Of a stretch of DNA of 64,000 bases, positions 58,136 to 64,000 are shown piece by piece (position 1 is the first letter of the stretch; each line of letters begins with the position of its first letter). The notes beneath the pieces were generated by a model. The model searched no databases. It worked only from the letters and a program-made list of their open reading frames with translations, and was not told where the DNA came from. This DNA comes from Octopus vulgaris. Its lineage: Eukaryota. Made by a program: the position numbers and the translations under genes. The stretch is from assembly GCA_951406725.2 (NCBI GenBank), contig OX597827.1, positions 84,196,001 to 84,260,000 on the forward strand. Direction: 5' to 3'.

Positions 58136-58378
58136 TGAATGAAGCCGAAATGATTGTCATGCTAATAAATACTCTGTCTTCCGTATTAATCTTTTAAAAT
58201 ATACCCTACGTGCACCTCGGAATACCGGACATAGATCCGACGACGAACGTACGGTATCGATGATGACGCCTGATAGCCATAGGTGGTGAACGTGCTCTGC
58301 AGACAAGCTTTGGACACTATTTAACACCGACTTTCTAAGCCTTCATTCTTCGACTTTAAATTCGACTTTATATATATA

Positions 58379-58725
58379 TCGGGTTCAATCCTACTGCATG
58401 GCACGTTGGGCAAGTGTCTTCTACTATAGCCTTGGGTCGACCAAAGCCTTGTGAGTGGATTTGGTAGACGGAACTGAAAGAAACCCGTCGTATATATATG
58501 TATGTATATATATGTGCGTTCGTGTGTGTGTGTGCTTGTGTTTGCCCCCCAACATCGCTTGAAAACGGATGCTGGTGTTTTTACGTCCCCGTAACTTAGC
58601 GGTTCGACAAAAGAACCGATAGAATAAATACTAGGCTTACAAAGTATAAGTCCTGGGTCGATTTGCTCGACTAAAGGCGGTGCTCCAGCATGGCCGCAGT
58701 CAAATGACTGAAACAAGTAAAAGAA
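58379..58725 (+). mobile_element. SINE family A (5' end clipped)
   Basis: Family A homology. Confidence 0.88.
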
Positions 58726-58845
58726 TAAACGAATATATAATAAAAGAATGTGTGTGTGTGTGATACATATAAGAGGGTGTGCTGAAAAATTCCTGGCTTT
58801 AAGGTCATTGCGAAAGGCCTGTTTGGAAGTCCAACTTCCCGAGTT

Positions 58846-58883
<38 letters not shown>

Positions 58884-58886
<3 letters not shown>

Positions 58887-60464
58887 GTTTCAGCTCAGAG
58901 CCGCGGCCATGCTGATGCACCGCCGTTCTGCGCTACACTGCTATTACTAGGAGCCTCCTCTAATATGTGGCACTTGATGAAGAATGGAGTTTGATAGAGT
59001 TAACCTCATTTGCACCTCTTGCCGTAAGGTAGGTTCATCTGGGACTCTTGACAAGAAGATGTCCAGCTTTGATTTTAAAAACCCTACATCTACTTTGCGC
59101 AAGTTCCTCAGACGTTTGGGGAGAATATTAAAAAGCTGTAGGCCCTTGAAACCCAGGCTGTTGCAGTAACAGGTCCTGAAGCGTGATGGCATTGCTGGGA
59201 TCTTTGACACTATGCAGTGTCGTCCCGTTCTGGCATTGGTGTAGCTTTCAATGCCAAAATTTGGCACAGTTCCTTCCAGGATCTTCCAGACATATATTAC
59301 TGCATACCTCTCCCGTCTTCTCTCCAGGGAGTAGAATCTTAGCTGTTTCAACCTTTCCCAGTAGCTGAGCTGTTGCAAAGAGACAATCTTCTTTGTGAAT
59401 CTTCTCTGGATTGCTTCAAGCTCCGCTGTTAATCTCACACTGGTGGGTGACCATAGCTGTGAGCAGTAATCCAGGCGGCTGAGGACAAATGTCCGCCAGA
59501 GGACCATCACAGTTTCCTTATCTCTGGTTCTGAATGTTCTTAGGATCCATTCAGCCAGTCGTCTGTACTTTGCCGCCATCCTGGTAATGTGCACTTGGAA
59601 AGAGGTATCATCACTCATGTCGATACCCAGGTCCCTCACTGATTTAGACTCTGGGATTGAAATTCCCTGTGGACCGGTGTATCCTGTAAGTTTAATATTC
59701 AGTTTTGGATGCTGGTAGCGCAGGGCCTGGAATTTTTCAGCATTAAATTGCATATTATTATCCTCAGCCCATCTGTAGATTGAGTCCAACTCCTGTTGCA
59801 GATGTGCAACATCACTGGGATTCTGTATTTTCTGTGAGACTTTCGTATCATCTGCATAGCTTGCCAGAGTGGCTATCCGGGCATTTGAGGGCATATCTGA
59901 GAGGGCCACTATAAAAAGCAGTAATCCTAAGACAGTGCCCTGTGGAACACCACTCACTATTTGTGTGTTCATAGAGGTGGTTCCATTAGCCACTACTGCC
60001 TGACTCCTATCTTTCAGGAAGTCATTTAACCACACTCCAAGTTTTCCAGCTATGCCGAGGTCACGCAGTTTGTGGCATATCATACCATGATCCACCTTGT
60101 CAAAAGCTTTTGCAAAATCAAGGTATATTACATCCACATTTGATTTGTTGAGTAACTGCCTCAACACCCAGTCATAATGTTGTAAGAGCTGGGTCAGGCA
60201 GCTCCTACCTGGTCGAAAACCATGCTGGGTATCACTCAGCAAGTTATTTTCCTCAAGGAATGTGATTAGTTTCCCTTTGACTATCTTTTCCATGACTTTG
60301 CTGATGTGTGAAGTCAGAGAGATAGGCCTATAGTTTTTGGCATCTGCTCTGCTTCCCCCTTTATGGATTGGGCATATTATTCCCTCCTTCAGCTTGCTTG
60401 CCAGTTTGCCATTTGCAAGAAAGCTCTGGAAGAGAATCTGGAGGGGTTTTACCAGGGCATGTTT

Positions 60465-60465
<1 letters not shown>
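58884..60465 (-). mobile_element. CR1-group LINE, 5'-truncated, with an open RT-to-C-terminus frame (~500 aa) and an intact 3' tail
   Basis: NYRPISLTS, QHGFRPGRSC, YLDFAKAFDKVDH, GVPQGTVLG, YADDTK, LDYCSQLWSP; stop at 58947. Confidence 0.95.
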
Positions 60466-60501
<36 letters not shown>

Positions 60502-60690
60502 AAATACAAAATGGGATAAGAACGCAAAACATCTGGACAGTTAGGTGATACAAAAAGGGACAACAAAACATCCAGATAGACGATACAAAGAAAACGAGGA
60601 CGGGTCATTCGAAGTTTCCTTTCCTCAGTCAAGCGCCAGATTATCCTTGCAATTTCGGCTGATTATATATATTTATATACGTTTATATGC

Positions 60691-60769
<79 letters not shown>

Positions 60770-60779
<10 letters not shown>

Positions 60780-61277
60780 TGTAGTTGTGTGAGTGTCTGT
60801 CCCCTTCGATTTAGATTCCTAACTACTCCCACATTTTGCGGTGCAGTTTAACCAAATTCGGGTATCTTATAGTCGTGATTCATATCGAGCCCGTCTGGCT
60901 ATTAGCGCGCGTCTACGATGAGTCTACGATTTTAAAAATAATTTAACATCATTTTTTTATTCCATTTTAATGCATAATTTTTCGTGTGTCGATGGCGGCG
61001 GAGTTGGCGTCCATGGTCACATCTGCACCTGTTTGCTTCTCCCCCTTCTTCCCTCCCTCGTGAAGCTGTGGGGAAGGGAGTGTAAGGAAATCAACGTCGT
61101 AAAGCGTTGTCAAGGAGACCAGCGTTCTTTTAGAACAACGACTTCATGGTTTGAAGACACCAAAACAGAAATGGCTAAGAAAGCCCGAATTGGCATCTAT
61201 AAGGGAAGTAACTCTCTAAAAATGCTTATATAGTTATTTCCCTTACAAACCCGAGCAACGCCGGGCGATACTGCTAG
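60770..61277 (+). mobile_element. Non-autonomous Helitron
   Basis: 3' end CCCGAGCAACGCCGGG hairpin, about 9 nt, then CTAG|T; the 5' end merges into (TA)n...TATAAAA. Confidence 0.75.
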
Positions 61278-61497
61278 TATATATATATAAAGAACTCTGG
61301 AGGTTGAACTTCCAGCCCGGCCTTTCGCAATACCCTTAAAACCAGGAACTTTTCAGCACACCCTCGTATATGAATCACATACACATTCAAACACATCCAT
61401 GCAAAACATGTATATGATGTGACCTCTTGAAGTTGAACTCAAAGACTGACGTCGTTGCACGAGCCTAGCTTTAGATAACGCCCATCATTTAATATAT

Positions 61498-61551
<54 letters not shown>

Positions 61552-61836
61552 CTCAACGGATGAGTGATATGCAGAGGTAAACTTGTGAAGCGATGTCAGT
61601 TTTTTGGGGTCAGCTTGTAGGGGTCACGTCAAAGCAGAGATGAGTGAAACATTGGAGAGATTAGGGAATTGTGTCACGTGACTGTCAGAGAGAGAGGGGG
61701 AGCGAGAGAAACAGAGAGAGATAGAGAGAGTGAGTGAGCGAGCGAGAGATAGCTTTCCGTCATCGTTTACACCCGTATATACATACATCAGTGCCTGAAT
61801 ATATGGACACAGTAATACGCACATACATAGACAACA

Positions 61837-61931
<95 letters not shown>

Positions 61932-62289
61932 AACTCATATATACTCGCTAATACACACACGAACACACACCCTTCCCCGAATCAACCCTGTGTCACAATT
62001 AGTTTCATGTTCAAAAGAAGGAGTCTCGTTTCAGGTTTCAGCTGCCATCACACGACCAGGTGAACATGGCGGCGGCGGTGGTGTCGTCCATCAATTGGTG
62101 GACATCATTAGAGTTTAAAGTTGGTCGAAGTATCAACAGAGAGGCACTTCGTGATATCTTCGGGTTTCGTTGGCGATTTGTGGAACTGTGTGTGTGTGTG
62201 TAGATGAGTGTGTTTTTGTGTATTTATGTTTGTGCTTGTCTGTGCGGGGGTGTAGTTGGGGGATAGTATGTATGTATGTATGCTTGCAA

Positions 62290-62332
<43 letters not shown>

Positions 62333-62702
62333 CATAGAGGGAGAGAGAGAGAGACAGAGACAGACAGATAGGTAGGTTGGTGGGTAGGTAGATGCACAAA
62401 TATATACGTGTGTGGTTCTATCTATCTATCAATCTATATATATATATATGTTTGTGTGGTGTAAGTCGCATACTTTCAATGAAAATGATGACCTTTAAAT
62501 AAGGTTTTCATTATTTCTCCCTCTTTGTGATGCTTACACTCACACACACACTCATATATAACAACAAACACATACACATCCACACACAGGCACAGACACA
62601 CACACACACACACACACATGTATTAGAAGGGCGACCAATATACATTTCATGTGGAATTATAAATGTTTGAAAGCCTCATCTAGCTGAACTGCCCAAACCA
62701 CA

Positions 62703-62721
62703 CAGCCACTGGATGGCGCCA
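62703..62721 (+). promoter_or_regulatory. CTCF-like motif
   Basis: CAGCCACTGGATGGCGCCA. Confidence 0.4.
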
Positions 62722-63033
62722 ATATCAGCAAAACACGCCATAACCTGTCGAATATTTAATTATCTGGAATACAAAGAAGATATCGATAATCTACCGAAAT
62801 AGATAGAAAGAAAGAAAGATAGAGAAAGAGAGAGAGAGGGGAGAGAGAAAGTGAGAGAGTAAGAGTGGGGGAGAGAAAGGGAGAGTGTGTAGAGCGATTT
62901 GGTCATTTGGTGTGAGGGGTTTGGAGGAGTTTGGTCAGTTGGACTGGCCTAATGGTTTGGAGGTGTCTCCTCCACTTGAATCTGTGTGAGAGAGAGATAG
63001 ACAGAACAACGTAATGCGTCCAACTGTCTTCCT

Positions 63034-63046
63034 GCCGCCATCTTGG
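63034..63046 (-). promoter_or_regulatory. Consensus YY1 motif
   Basis: GCCGCCATCTTGG, i.e. CCAAGATGGCGGC on the minus strand. Confidence 0.5.
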
Positions 63047-63097
63047 TTTTAACAAATTGGGAAAAGCTACTTGAATACAATAATTTCTCTCTAATTA

Positions 63098-63475
63098 GGG
63101 GTAAAGATTGTTTGCCAACATAACATGGCAGTCCTGGTTTAGGACGAATGTTGCTGTAATTTAGCCCCAGGAGACATCGTCTCCAGCTGGCTATACGACA
63201 CGATCAGTGTCCTTATATTTTCGAACAAGGGTATCTAGCACCCCAAGTCAGCTCAAAACAATATCTGTGTATCACGATTTCTGGGTTATTTCTCTTCATC
63301 CCTGAAATCGCGATACACAGATATTGTTTTGAGCTGAGGTGGGGGGGCTATATTCCCTTGTTCAAAGATATAAGGACACAGTTCATGTCGTATAGCCAGC
63401 TGGAGACGATGTCTCCTGGGGCTAAATTACAGCAACATTAGTCCTAAACCAGGACTGCCAAATAATTTTTACCCC
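63098..63475. mobile_element. Fully palindromic fold-back MITE with TA flanks
   Basis: TA|GGGGTAAA...TTTACCCC|TA; the arms pair over about 180 bp to a short loop near 63285. Confidence 0.9.
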
Positions 63476-63745
63476 TAAGTGCTGTTGCTGAATATCTCTC
63501 GTTGTGAGAGTTAAAAAAATAGTAATTTTTTAATCTCTGATTAGGTTAAGAGTTGGGGCTGCTGTCGTTGATTTAACCTAACTCCAGTATATTACTGGTA
63601 TCTGTTCTATCAACCTATGAATAGATGAGAGCTCAAGTAGAACCAGCAGGAACTGACCGTGGAAGTTTGTCTAAAACTAATTCATGCAACACCTCGTACA
63701 TCCTCTCACCTGCTTGTTTGTGTGTGTATGTGTGTGTGTATGTAC

Positions 63746-64000
63746 GTTAGTTAGTTAGTTAGTTAATTTGGCTCAAAAGCAAATAGCAAGGCCATGTAGG
63801 GGGACATGGAGTTAAGTACAGGGTGGTGTTCATGTAAAGAGTTCAGGTCACTTGAGGTCCAGGGAGGCTTTGAACAAAGCGGTCGTCGGCATCTTCACCA
63901 TCTCGTCTGGCAGCTTGTTCCACGGATCCGCAACCCGGACGGAGAAAGCTCCTCTCCTTCGATTGAGATGAAATCGTCGCAGGTAGAGCTTTTCGGAATG
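63746..64000 (-). mobile_element. 3' end of another CR1-group LINE with a (TAAC)n tail
   Basis: HSEKLYLRRFHLNRRRGAFSVRVADPWNKLPDEMV...FKASLD*. Confidence 0.85.

Larger units (their letters stand above)
58772..61366. mobile_element. Mariner-type palindromic MITE split by nested insertions (arms 58772-58848 and 61290-61366)
   Basis: GAGGGTGTGCTGAAAAATTCCTGG... versus ...CCAGGAACTTTTCAGCACACCCTCG|TA. Confidence 0.8.

Noticed and set aside
60466-60632. N-terminal part of the 561-aa ORF
   Set aside because: Read-through across a microsatellite and an unrelated fragment; the LINE is 5'-truncated near 60465
60598-60632. Possible hammerhead (minus strand CTGAGGA..CGAAT)
   Set aside because: GAAA and stem III are not intact; too degenerate to call

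Overview
Eukaryotic, AT-rich, extremely microsatellite-dense non-coding DNA. The SINE families, the Dong/R4 LINEs and the (TA)n/(CA)n density look like an octopus (coleoid cephalopod) intergenic or intronic region; that assignment is inferred. No host protein-coding gene can be supported, and almost all ORFs in the track are translated microsatellites. The real coding remnants are transposable elements: CR1-group LINEs, a 9 kb array of (TAA)n-targeted Dong/R4 retrotransposons (26.2-35.1 kb), Tc1/mariner elements of three catalytic types (DD36E x2, DD34E, DD37D), a hATm-like element with an 8-bp TSD, a Penelope-like GIY-YIG remnant, a non-autonomous Helitron, several MITEs and more than 15 SINEs. 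The most interesting signals are: (i) several type I hammerhead-ribozyme motifs with palindromic stem III, including two head-to-head fold-back units (22.06-22.22 kb, 57.9-58.16 kb); (ii) Dong elements and a 555-bp non-coding element inserted into the (ATT)n tails of a SINE family; (iii) a visible SINE/LINE 3'-tail partnership; (iv) a palindromic MITE containing a tRNA-like Pol III promoter; (v) strong CTCF and YY1 motifs and ten GTCACGTG E-boxes in the non-repeat islands.
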